A stretch of 64,000 nt of DNA, taken from Takakia lepidozioides (Eukaryota > Plantae > Bryophyta). The DNA is taken from NCBI GenBank assembly GCA_030704615.1, contig CM060734.1, positions 54,932,001 through 54,996,000 on the forward strand. Direction: 5' to 3'. Below are positions 24,155 to 36,689 of the stretch, piece by piece. The notes beneath the pieces were generated by a model that had not been told where the DNA came from, did not search any database, and saw nothing but the letters and a program-made list of their open reading frames with translations. The stretch's first letter is position 1. Every line of letters begins with the position of its first letter. A program made the translations under genes and the position numbers.

Positions 24155-24797
24155 TTCGACAAGGAAGACGTAGTAGAACAGAACTCTGCAGAAACTGGAG
24201 AAATTGCCCATCAGTTTGACAAAGAGAACGATTACGCAGGTTGAGTGGGACAGATCAAAAACCCACGTACATGTGTCCGAATTCTCTAGTTTTCCATCCC
24301 ATACTGAACTCTGTTGGGCTTGTGTGTAGGCCGTCTGGCTAGGTCCATTGATGGTGACATAAGCACTTGAAGCAATATGCACAAGTGAAGATTTGGCTTT
24401 CGGAAGCATTTAATAGCATATTCAGTCCGTTTGGTCCTTCCTTCTATACAGACAGCCTTAACTTCAATTGCAACTTTACCAGGGATGATCGGTCTGAGAG
24501 TGACATGTTAGCCATTGTCGCCATGATGCATTACTGAAGAAAACAGGCCCTGGAAGAAAATTATCGTTTTGCGGTAGCAACGTAGAGTATGGAGGGTAAA
24601 GTGTGCAGGCTAAAACAAATAGACTCGAGTAAGGGGCTACCCCGGGGAAACATTGTCCTACCTCAAACCAAGCAGACTGCGTAAGCACAGCAGATGCCGG
24701 GTGCCGACCTACAGCAGGAGCACGCTTCAAGAGGATCGCCGCGCGATGTCCACTGCCACCAGCTGCCTGCAGACCTGAAAGTACTCTATGATGAACC

Positions 24798-24974
24798 ACT
24801 CGTGGAGCTATAGAAGCAAAGACTTGTTAAAGGGGATACCACTATGATGCTTGGATCAATTCAACAAAACACGAAAACACCAAGCTTCGAGTAGATAGAT
24901 TAGTTCCAGCTGCATTGCTCTCACCTTACACGAGACACATGGTGCTGTGCAGATCACAGTACTGGAGGCCTCTC
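24798..24974. repeat. Left arm of a diverged inverted repeat; right arm at 30820-31035
   Basis: TCACCTTACACGAGACACATGG...GTGCAGATCACAGTACTGGAGGCCTCTC matches the reverse complement of 30820-30877 and extends outward. Confidence 0.8.
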
Positions 24975-25783
24975 AAGAATGTCGGCCGAGTAACTCCCTG
25001 CTGCTCCTGTATCTGCACACTCTTCACGACAGACCAAAGCTTGCACAGATGCACGATAGCGCCGGGACAGACTCGATAGTAGGAATGCATCGCGAACAAG
25101 CAGCTCGAATCCACGTTCGATTATGTAGTACGATGGAGAAATGCATCTATTGCGCTCCTCTGTCAAAGCTGCCTCGCCCAGGTCCTGGAACCAGCAGCCT
25201 TCCGTGAACAATGGTCTGCGGACATATGATTGAAGGCGCCTTCAATGGCGTTATTGATTTTGCCCGGAGAACAAGAAGAATACCGTACTTGCCTATGCTA
25301 TTCGTCAGGACCCAGCTGGACTAATTAATTTTTCATAGAAGGGTATGGGCAGGTTTTTTTTTTAATTTTTATATTTACGGAAAGTTCTAGCGATGACTGA
25401 AGGTCGGAAGCTAGTTTAGCGTAGAGCAGGAATAGGGTGCCAAGTGCCACGTTTTTGTCGCCATGTCATCACCTCCACGTTACGTCGTCAAATTCTTTGG
25501 AATCTGCCCGGGCTGCCCTCCTGAAATAAGCCAATAGAAATTGCCGCGCCAACTTTTTTGGAATTGCCCGAAATGCCCGGATCTTGATCTTCTTGATCTG
25601 CGTTTTCCGCCATCGTTCACCTTGCAAGCTGCAAGCTCTCAACGAATTGAGGAAATCCATGCTGAGCTGAAGATATTGTCTTGGCAGATGAAGGATCAAG
25701 CAAATGATGGGGGAAGGGTGTGGTTTTTTCTTAATGTACGATCTGAAGAAGTTTGTCCATCCTACAAAGGTGGGCTCTTGTCA

Positions 25784-26199
25784 GTACCATGATTTGGTAT
25801 TCTTCCTGATGTTTGCAAGGTTCTTGGAAGAGTCAGCTTGGTCTTAGCAGGCCGTGTTCAATCTCTACCTGCTCAGATGCACCGTGATGGTTCTCACAGA
25901 TCAATCCGACATTACTTGACTACAGACACAAACAGCATACACAAGAGGTCCTTTTGGGTTGATGGTCGGTCAAATCCTCCATGGTCATGACACAAGGTCA
26001 AGGACAGTATGGTGAGGACGCCTTTTTCTTCGACCTATTTCAGCCTGTTTTGCCCTCTCATCAAACTCGGCCTTGAGATGCATTTGTTAGTACCATATTT
26101 GGTGTTCTTCCTTATGTTTAGTGCAAGGTTCTTGGGAGAGTCAGCTTGGGTGTTTCAATCTCTGCCTGCCTGCTAGATGCACCGTGGTGGTTTTCACAG
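25784..26199 (+). repeat. ~115-bp direct repeat pair (about 25784-25899 and 26090-26199)
   Basis: GTACCAT..TTTGGT..TTCTTCC...GAGTCAGCTTGG...AGATGCACCGTG..GGTT.TCACAG occurs twice. Confidence 0.75.
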
Positions 26200-29100
26200 T
26201 GGCTATGGCATCTACAACAGGTTATGGGCCCACGGGTTGACACAGAAGTTGTACCGTAGGAACTTGTTTGTCTGATTCTGGTAAAGCCATTCTTAGACTG
26301 TTTAGCAAGAAAGTGTCAGATGCTTAACAAGAAGTTAAGCTATAGTTGTCAGATGCTTAACAGGAAGTTAAGCTATAGTTGTCCAATTTTAGTTTAGAAT
26401 TGAGATAGTTTTTCAAGAATAGGTTGATAACTAACTCAATATCTAGATTGGAAGAGATTGTACATCTATTGCAAAGATGAGTTCTAAAGAGGACGTAGGC
26501 AAAGAGTTTGAGACAGTTAACAAGTTTGTCGGTGAGAACTTCTATTTGTGGAAATTCCACATGAAATTTGTATTAGAATCAAGAGATCAATTCACCATTG
26601 TTTCTGGTGAAGAGAAGTTGAATGATACTGCTACTGAAGCGGTGTGGAAAATATGGGCATTGGGCTAAAGAGTGCAGCTCTAGTTCTTCTAAGAAGACTG
26701 ATATGGAGGTATCCACGAGTGAGGTGAACGTGACCGAGACAGATGTTTTTGTTACAATTGCAGAGATTCTAGAGCATCTAGTGTTTGAGAGTCAAGATTT
26801 GAGAGAACCAGGTGCTGAAAAAAAACCAACTGTAACTACCGAGGAGACTGAAAATGAGGCAAATTATGTTCATCTTACAAGTCAGGATGAGGCTTGGTTT
26901 GCTGATACCGGAGCATCCCAGCACATGACGGATAAGAGGTGTTGATTTAAGTCCTACCGAGTAGTTCGACCTAGAAGCTGGAGCGTCAGAGTAGCAAATG
27001 ACAACCTAGTCTGGGCGGCAGGAGTAGGGGACATAGAGATTGTGTCTCTCCTTAATGGTACCTGGCATAAAGGCATCATTAAAAATGTTCTTCATGTTCC
27101 TAAACTGAGAAAGAATCTACTATCAGTTGGTCAGATAACCGACAGAGGAATTGTAGCTGTGTACCACAAGAGCACTTGCTCTATGTTTTCTCCTACCAGA
27201 AGATTAGTCATGATAGGAGTTGAAGATGGTCAGTTGTGGCGCATGCAGTTCAAAGTAGTTCTCCCTACACAGACAGCAAATCTAGTAGTTCTAGAGTACA
27301 AAGCCGAACCCGAACACGATGAACTTGTGAAAAAAAGAAAAACGCCAGGACCTCCTGGTGAGAGTCTTAGTGTATGGCATGTTAGGCTTGGGCATGTTCA
27401 CTATGATATGGTGAGAAAGATGAATCTCAAAAATTTGGTCACGGGCTTGCATCTCAAAGAGACAAACACAGAGAAAGTTTTTTGTGAGAGTTGTGCTAGA
27501 GGTAAGAGTTGTAGAACACCATTTCCCGTGAAAGAACAGAGAGAAAAAACACCATTGCCTGGTGAATTTTATCATGCAGACGTTTGTGGTCCAATGAGCA
27601 CTACATCTCAAGGAGAAGCTCATTACTTTGTATCTTTTTAAGATGATTGCAGTAGTTACTGGTTGCTGTACTGCATCAAGAAAAAATACGACGTTATGGA
27701 ATGTTTCAAGAAGATGCAGCAAGAGTCCTTCAGGTCGACTGGGAATTGAGTCATCAAATTACGGAGTGACAGAGGTGGAGAATTCATAAGCAAAGCTTTT
27801 AAAGAGTATCTTGAGACTGAGGGAATTCGTCAAGAACTCACCACACCCTATTCTCCAGAGCATAATGGGGTGGCAGAAAGGGACAATCGTACCCTTATGG
27901 AAAGTGTGCGCTGCATGCTTCTGGAGAAAGATATTTCTCTTTGTTTTTGGGGGGAAGCTGTACAGACAGCGGCATACCTAATGAATCGTGTTGAAACTAG
28001 AACACTGAATGGGATGACACCACTACAAGCATGGTGTAACAAGAAGCCTGATGTCACACATCTCAAAGTGTTTGGCTGCGATACATTTATTCACGTGCCT
28101 AAACAGCTTAGAGAGAAGCTTGATCCAAAGAGCACCAAGTGCATTTTTCTTGGATATTGCACTGAAAGCAAGGGTTATAGACATAGAATTGTGATTAGCA
28201 GAGATGTACTGTTCAACGAAGGTTTGATGGGCTCTGAATTTGAAGCAGCTCCTACAGTATTGCCCAATGCATCGGAAACAGTGACATTCTGGCATAATTA
28301 TGACAAAGCTGTGGAGAAGTCACAACATTCAGTTGGAGTTTACAATGAAGCTGAAAGAGTCCCTGTCAACACCATTCCAGTGAATGACTTGGTGGTGGAG
28401 ATGCCACTTGAAGCTGTTGGTTCTGAAAGCGTCACTATCAACACCATTCCAATGAATGACTTGGTGGTGGAGTTGCCACTTGAAGCTGTTGGTTCACTAG
28501 TGAAAGTAGTAATATTGAGACTAGCTCTAACACATAAAGCAATGTTTCATTGATGCAGTCAAACAGTGGGAGTACGATTGCAAAGCCAGAAATGTTCTCA
28601 AGAAAAAAACGTTCATGGAATCCTCCGGAGACGTATGGGGATTGGATTTCTCTGCCAGGAACTTTTACCTATTTTGCTGGAGCAGTGGGAGTTATTCTTG
28701 AAGAGCCCGCGCGCCGCGTCTGGAAGGTGTAGCAGAATCGGAGAAGCGATTTGGGATAATGCCAAAAACATATGAAGAAGCAATTTTTTCTTATCACCGA
28801 GAGCAGTGGGAGCAGGCAATGATAGAAGAATACAAATCGCTCTTGGCAAATGAGACCTGGAAGCTTTGTGAACTACCTGTTGGCAGACAAGCAGTCAAAA
28901 GTAAATGGGTTTATAGAACCAAACTCAAAGCAGATGGGACCATTGATCGTTATAAGGCCAGAGTTGTAGCTAAAGGCTTTTCGCAAACTCGTGGAGTTGA
29001 TTACGATCAAACCTTTGCTCCAGTAGCAAAATTTGACTCAATTCGTTCAATCTTATCCATTGCTGCAGTGGAAGATATGGAGCTTGTTCAATTTGATGTC

Positions 29101-30766
29101 AAGAGTGCATTCCTTCATGGAAATCTTGAGGAAGAAATATACATGGAGTAGCCTTTGGGTTTCATAAAGGAAGAGGAGTCGAAATTGGTTTGTAAACTGC
29201 AAAAAAACATCTACGGCCTTAAGCAGGCATCTAAGGCTTGGAATGCAGAGTTTAACAAAATTCTCACTACTCATGAGCTTGTATCCACGACAGCAAACCC
29301 CTGTGTATACGTGAGTCACAAGGAGCCAGTTCTGATCATATCGATTTACGTGGATGATGGTCTTGGTGCTTGCAATATCAAAACCAAACTGGATATGTCA
29401 TCAGTGAGTTGGATAAATTGTTTGGGGCAACGAGTGGACCACCTGATGTGTATATTGGTTTGCACATCACCAGGGATCGGTCTCGCGGAGTAATCTACAT
29501 CAACCAAGTTCAGTATATTTTGCGAGTTCTGGCTAAGTTTGGATTTCAGAACGCCAATCCTGTGTGTACGCCAATGGACGCAAATGTGCATCTGCAGATG
29601 GGGACATCTGATGACAATACTGAAAAGGATTTTCCCTATCTTGAGATCGTGGGGAGCTTAATGTTTGCTATGCTGGGATCTAGACCAGATCTAGCATATG
29701 CGGTGTGCACAGTGGCAAAATTTGCAAATACACCAAAGACCGCTCACTGCAATGCAGTTTGTCGAATTCTTAAGTATCTGAAGGGAACTGCTCACTACAG
29801 ATTGTGTTATGTGGCTCATGACAAGCACATGTTTTGCAAGCTTTTGCTGATGCTGATCATGCAAGGGATCATGACGATAGACAATCTCGAAGTGGATGTT
29901 TAATTATGCTCAATGGTGGACCTGTCACTTGGATCAGCAGGAAGCAACAATGTGTTGCTAGGTCAACAACTGAAGCAAAATATGTTGCAGCATCGTTGAC
30001 CAGCACTGAGGTAGTATGGCTTCGTCGATTGCTTGAAAATTTGGGTCTTTCTCAACCCGGACCTACAAATATATTTGGAGACAATCAAAGCGCTATCAGG
30101 CTAGCGTTCAATCAAGAATTTCACAGACGGAAGCGGAAGCTGATTCATATGCGCTACATTGGCACCAATGACCAGACGGCAGATATTTTGACTAAGGCCT
30201 TGACTCCAGAAAAGTTTTAGCATTTTCGGAGCATGATGGGCATGATTGGATGATCAATGAGTGGGAGTATGAAAACTAAATGTTACCATTGACTCATCAA
30301 GGTTATTTTTGTGGTCTGAGGTCTGACGTTTCTGCAGAAGTTCCATGATGCAGAGGAGGCCAAAAGCTCAGCAGGAGATGTGTTATACTGCAAGCATCAA
30401 TTACTTGTTTGTGGTATTATGCGAGGAGGTTTTTGCGGAATATTTTGACACCAGACTGTCAGAATGAGTGGGAGTGTTGTTAGTACATTGTGGTAGTAGA
30501 TTCAATGTTAACACGGGCCATGTTAATGCCACGTAGATACATTACTTGTGGACATATAGATGCCACGTAGGTTTTCTTTTAAGTTTCCCGCCTATGGACC
30601 TCCTGGTTACTTACCCGCGTTGTTCTTTTCTGGTGTACTCTTTCTTGCTGATTGTTTTCTGCTATATCTACTTTGGAAGCTGTATAGCATATGTATACAC
30701 TATCTGAATTAAGCACTCTTTCGTCATAGTGTATTTGGTCTTCTTTTGGCTATGGCATCTACAACA
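26200..30766 (+). mobile_element. Ty1/copia LTR retrotransposon, decayed; only 20 bp of the 5' LTR remain
   Basis: PBS GGTTATGGGCCCA at 26220-26232; gag start 26477; CGKYGHWAKEC; WFADTGAS protease; WHVRLGH/HADVCGP integrase; [13 protein letters not shown] and YVDDG RT; DADHA/STTEA/ADILTK RNase H; PPT; 3' LTR 30475-30766 (TG...CA). Confidence 0.95.
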
Positions 30767-31415
30767 GGCTTTGGGCGGCACAATATTTTCATTGGATGAA
30801 ACTCTCGAATAACCGGGCAGAGAGGCCTCCCGTACTGTGATCTGCACGGTACCACCGTGTGTCTCTTGTAAGGTGAAACTGACATGCAGCTGGATTTAAC
30901 CTACCTACTCGAAGCTTGTCGTTTTTGTGTTTTGCTTGAGCATTGGATGGTTGAACTAATCCAAGCAGAATCCCATCGCGTTCTCAGGCTGATCACTTCC
31001 TCCTTTCCTCTCTTTCCTTCCATAGCTCCACGAGTAGTCCATCCTAAAGTCCTTCCAGTTCTGACCGTCATGTGAATGTTATTATTTCTCGTTTGCTCGC
31101 TGTGAGCTGCAGGCAGCTGGTGGCAGTGGACAGGGCCAACCTCTCGCGTACTCCTACTATTGGCCAACAGTTCCCATTCAAAGTTCCTCTGATATTCATA
31201 GGTCGGTGTGAGCTATGCACTTCCAACTGAAGTTCGTGAATTCCTGGTCTAGCTTCTCCTGGCTCGTGATCGCCGGCATTGACATGACTGACGGTCTGAA
31301 CAATCATTTCTTACTCTTTGACTCTGGTTTCCTGTCTAGCTTGCACCTAGCTCACTGAGTCCACAAACTTTCGAGGACTGGAGCGATAGTCCCGGTGAAG
31401 TCGACGTTATTTAAA

Positions 31416-32769
31416 ATGGAAGTGGCAGTGACTGTCCTATCAAAAACCATGGTGGTCCCCACGCCACGTCCTCACGAGAGCCGGGAGTTGCAGCGGCTCC
31501 CACTTACCAGCTTCGATCTTCTCAAGCTAAATATTCCCCCCATCCTTCAGTAGCACCGACGCCATGGTGACTATATGTTTATCGAGGCTTCAGCTCCCAT
31601 CACTGCGCGGGAGCTACGTAATTACAACATGTTTGACATTTATCAACACTTTGCCCAAGCAATACCCTTCAATCGGTGAGCTTCTATTTCAGGTGTGAAG
31701 GTGATGATCACGTGCAGTAGTATAGCTTAGCACTTTGTTTAGTGCAGATGCGACCCCAAGTCGAGTTGCGGAGTGATATTGATTCTCTTTGAAATACGCA
31801 GATCACTCATCCGTGTGGCGGCTATGCACTTGGTCATGCCTACTTTCATGGAATGGCAATGGAATGATGCTGTGGGCATTTATCAAGTCATGGACAGAGG
31901 TCGCCCGTGGGGACCGTATCTCCCTTCTTCCCAATTTTAGTTCGCAAGTGAATGTAATCAAATTGGCATCAGAGTTAGGCGACTCAGATTGGACAGAAAT
32001 TGCCCTTCCAGAGGCTTTTGTGAAGAGAGTACCGAGGGCGGAATATATTCGTAATCGTTGCGTCCAGGATTCAAAGCGTCCTCATCCGACTGCCGTGGAC
32101 TCAACAACTTTGCACATTTCTTTTGATCTGCCAATGCAAAAGAAGCTCAAAGACAAAGCATTGGAGGATTCAGATGGGCCTACGTTCAGTGCTTCTGTAG
32201 TGATCAGTGCACATGTCTGGAGGGCCATTATCCGTGCTCGATTGCTTGCAGATACGGAGGAAACTCGATACTTCAATAACGTCGATTGCCGGAAAAGGTG
32301 GCCAGAGCTCCCTGAGAATTATTTTGGAAATGCAGTTTTTGACGCAGTGGCAGTCACCACCGTGAGAGAGCTTCTGGGTAAGAGGATCTCATATGCTGCA
32401 AACCTGCTGCGCAAGACGATTGCAGATCTCACCGCTCAGAACATCAAGTCTGTTTTTACCATGATGGAGAAAGTGAAAAAGGAATGGGTCTTTATCCGTG
32501 ATTTCCGACCTTCAACTGATGTGAGGACAGCTGCTTCGGTTCGCTTCCCAGGTCCTGAACAGCTTGACTTCGGATGGGGATCCGCTTTTGCCAACATTAT
32601 TGTATTCTCCAAGAGGGCCCCTCGAAATATTGTCAGTTTCACACCAAAGCACACCGATGGCACAATAGAAATAAACTTCAGACTGCCTGAGGATGCTGCA
32701 AAGAGACTGCAGGAAGATTCAGACTTCATGTCTTGTGTCTCATCTGTCACCGCTGTCACACTTGGATAG
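31416..32769 (+). pseudogene. BAHD acyltransferase, disrupted
   Basis: N-terminus MEVAVTVLSKTMVVP...LPLTSFDL followed by a stop; intron ~31693-31801; Q-ITHPCGG...FHGMA(D)G with a 1-nt deletion; YFGNAV and DFGWG motifs in ORF 31789-32769. Confidence 0.88.
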
Positions 32770-33519
32770 GGATACCACAAATTCCAACTGCTCTACACGA
32801 AGAAACAAACCAACAAACGCATGGAATGCATTCGGCCCTGCCCTGGCTTCTTAGATTTGTGTCTTTGAAATAGAACAATAACAGATTGGAATCAATTGCG
32901 ATGGTAGGTTTGTAGCACATATATCAAGGGACCTTGTTTGTTTCTACCCTGGTCGTACCGTCTCACAGTCTGTGTGTTTCTTTTAATTGGACCTTCTAAG
33001 TTGTCGATATGCCCCTCAGGTTTTACAGTGGCAGGCATCATGTATCCAGTCCTCAATCTTTACAAGACGCTTTCTACAAACATACTCATTAACATTCAGA
33101 GTCCGCCACAGTGCTGATGCCTAAATCCACCATGCAGCCAAAATGCTCAATGGCAGGGGTGAGGCCATAAGCAAGGCTCATGGAATCAAAGTGGTGGTGG
33201 TCTTAATATTATGCAAACTTTCTGGTTTCTTGATTGGGAGACTACCTAATTGGATTACTATGGCCCTTCTTAAGCGAAGTTGGCATTGCCTATGGTTCGC
33301 AACCACACAGACATGCAAGTGTGATCCCTCAAACGCTCCACATTACATAGGAGTGGCAACCCCAAAATCCGTGGTTTTACAGTATCCTGTGATGACAATG
33401 CCCTCAAGGGTATCGGAGCCAAAGGAGGAGCAATAAAAGTAGATATTCCTCTCTTTATTCACATATACCATAGTTTGGTCTAATTGTGTTGATCCCCTGT
33501 ATTCACTGTTTGTACAGTT

Positions 33520-34730
33520 TCACCAGTAATCATCACAAGAACAAACCCCATCTTCAAAGTGGTGAAAGTGGTTAGCTTCCCGTACAACAAGTTCTCACTA
33601 TGGTGGCAAAGAGAAACTCCTTTTTGCTCCTCCCCCACATCATGCAATACAAAGCGCATATCAGGCCCTCCTTCATCTCCCCATCTCAATTCAGCATGGA
33701 TTTCCTCAATTTTTGGATGCAATTTGTCATCTACAACAAAGGTGTGCACCCTGTTGCCAACCTCAATGCAGCAGCGACCTGGCTCCTTTCTAACCCCTCT
33801 GACCTTCATCATTTTCTCACCTTTGCAGTATCGTCCCACCTGCCAGCTGTGGCATAGATGTTTGATAGCAACACATAAGTTGCGGCGTCCTGTTCATCAC
33901 ACTTGAGGATAGATGTTGCTGCACGTTCAGCCATCTCCACATTGCGATGAATTCTACAGGCACCAAGCAAGGCCCTCCACACCACAACATTTGGTTTCAT
34001 TGGCATTTTGTTAATGAAGCCCTCTGCCTCATCCCATTGCCCCGCACGGCCAAGAAGGTCCACCATGCAGCCAAGTGCTACACTGCTGGAGTGATGCCAT
34101 GATCTTGACTCGGGGAGTTGAAGTAGTATCTGCCTTCATCCACTACGCCAGCATGCCTACATGCAGAGGGAATACCTATAAAAGTGATGATGTCCAGCTT
34201 CAAGCCTGCCACGCTTTTCTTCCACCAGTTGCAGGGCCTCCATATCACAACCATGTTGGGCATATCATGTGATCATTGCATTCCACAACCACAGATCTCG
34301 TTCAGCCATATTCTCGAGCACTCCCTTTGCATCTTCGATGATCCCGCCTTTGGCATACATGTCTACAAGGGTGTTATCCAAAATGATATCTGGGACAATT
34401 CCAGATTTGATGATGTCGCCATGGACTTCTTTGCCCTTTTCTAGGGCTGCCAGGCTTGCACATGCATTGCAAACACCAATGAACGTGACCCGGTCTAGTT
34501 TCACCCCTTCCCACATCATTTTGCTCATAGGTCTCCAAGCTTCCATCTCGCACCCATGCTAGGCATATCCAATGATCATTGTACTCCAGGACCCACATCT
34601 CATTCAACCATATTGTCGAACACTCCCTTTGCATCCTCAACACTCCCGCATACATGTTCATCAGGGCATTGTACAGTAAGTGTTAAGATTCATGACAAGC
34701 ATCTGGGCATAGGCCATTAGCAGCTGGGCT
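33520..34730 (-). pseudogene. PLS-class PPR-E/E+/DYW RNA-editing factor pseudogene, copy 1
   Basis: NTLVDMYAKGG, MVDLLGRAG, VVWRALLGACRIH, YVLLSNIYA, KEPGRCCIE, HHSE, ...CDDYW; frameshifts; deletion inside the DYW domain. Confidence 0.92.
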
Positions 34731-36389
34731 AAGAGCACCCCCAACGCAGGTACGCCATGCCATTTCCAACGCCATGTTGGCATGGCATTTCCTGGATCAT
34801 GCCCCAGCGTACCCCGCCAACTATGTTTGGCGCGGAGGGACCTACACCAAAGGGCAGGGGTACGCCATATTTTCCATCTTTGGCATACCTTGCCAAGCGC
34901 GCATGTGCACGCGCACAGGGAGCAAATATGGTGCGTGCACGTCCCGCAAGAGTTATGAGAAACAATCGCTCCTGCTTTTGGGGATATGAAGAGCATGTGT
35001 GGCGCAGCTTGGAGCCACCACATGACCAAATTTCATCCAAAACCACAATTTCTCATTCGCAGGTCCGATAGTTCATCTGCTGCGATAGTTCATCTGCTGA
35101 CGAGATTTCATCCGCTGGCGCAGTTTCATCCATTGCCGCAATTTTTCATCCAATAGCGCGATAGTTCATCCGCTGGCGCAGTTTCATCCACTGCAACCGA
35201 TTCTCGTCCAGGAGCGCCGATTTTCATCCACTGGCTCAATAGTTCATCAATGGTGGCACTCCCACGATGAAACAGAACAATATATATATATATAGATCAT
35301 TTCATAGTTTTCAAAGAACTATTGAGAACTGAGATGTGGTACCCAGCAATCCATAAGCTCAACTAACCGGGATATTGATAACCGACACAAATCATAAAAT
35401 GGCTCTTGTTTGATAACCTGTACCCGGGCAAATTCTCAAATCCTTGCATTATGCATATCCGGCTTTCAAACATAGAGAAGTAGGGAATTATTTCGTAGGA
35501 TATAGCATTCTTTATCTAATTCACACCACTGAAGAGGAAATTCTCCGTAATGTTGATATATGTCTTCACTCTAGCATTTGATCTAGACCAAATTTGTGCA
35601 TGTACGAAGAAACATTTTCATGTACCGGGATTTCAACAATTCAACACTTTGCACCTTAGAGCACTTCAACGGTGAACGCCATCGGCCCGCCAAGCTGCTC
35701 ATGGCGTAGAGCTTTGGCGTGGGGTTTGGCTCATGGCATGGAGTTTGGCAAAGGGATGTCCACCGGGGCTCACGTTAAATCCAACGCCAAGGTGGGCTGG
35801 CCATCCTGCCGAAGCCACGTGGTGGCTCCAAGCTGCGCCACACATGCTCTTCATATCCCCAAAAGCATGAGCGCTTGCTCCTCATAACTCCTGCGGGACG
35901 TGCACGCACCAGATTTGCTCCCTGTGCTTGGGCGTGCACATGCGCACTTGGTGGAGGCTTGGTGAGGTACGCCAAAGATGGACAATATGGCGTACCCCCT
36001 GCCCCTTGGCGTAGGTCCCTCCGCGCCAAACATAGTGTTGGCGGGGTACGTTGGGGCACGATCCAGGAAACGCCATGCCAACATGGCATTGGAAATGGCA
36101 TGGCGTACGTGCATTGGGGGTGCTCTTAGCCCAGCTGCTAATGGGACCCCTATGCCCAGATGCTTGTCAACTTAACACTTACTGTACAATGCCCTGATGA
36201 ACATATATGCCAATGGTGGGAGTGTTGAGGATGCAAAAGGAGTGTTCGACAATATGGCTGAACGAGATGTGGTGTCATGGAGTACAATGTTCACAGGATA
36301 TGCCCAGCATGGGTGCGAGATGGAAGTTTTGGAGACCTATGAACAAAATGATGTGGGAAGGGGTGAAACCAGACCCGGTCACGTTCATT
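34478..36389. repeat. Long inverted repeat: arms 34478-35021 and 35819-36389, ~800-bp spacer
   Basis: Arms are reverse complements; each carries ~260 bp of PPR sequence and a GC-rich block. Confidence 0.92.
35028..35294 (+). repeat. TTCATCC-core minisatellite (~20-bp period, about 10 units) followed by (TA)n
   Basis: ATAGTTCATC/TTTCATCC units at 35028-35250; TA run at 35281-35294. Confidence 0.8.
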
Positions 36390-36689
36390 TGTGCAATCCA
36401 TTGATGATGCCGCATCTTGACCGTCTGTTCATAAATGCCATCTGAGCCCTCCATTTTTAGGGCATGAATTCAAACCTTATCCCTGCCGCCTGCCATTTGC
36501 CAGCAGCCGCGAACGTGTGCACTAATGCTCCTTGCACGTTGTCCATCATGTCCACTGTACTGTGGCGCGTTTCTTGCAGGTTCTGAAGCGTGTCCTCTGT
36601 ACTGTACATGGCATGGACGTGGAAGCAGAAGGCGACGATATACTGAAAACGGGAAGCTGGATATACGGCCTCTTCAACAAAGTTTGCAA

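Noticed and set aside
33740-33800. DYW:KP (U-to-C) editing domain
   Set aside because: The box reads KEPGRCCIE/KDPGRCCIE with HSE and a DYW end, which is PG-type
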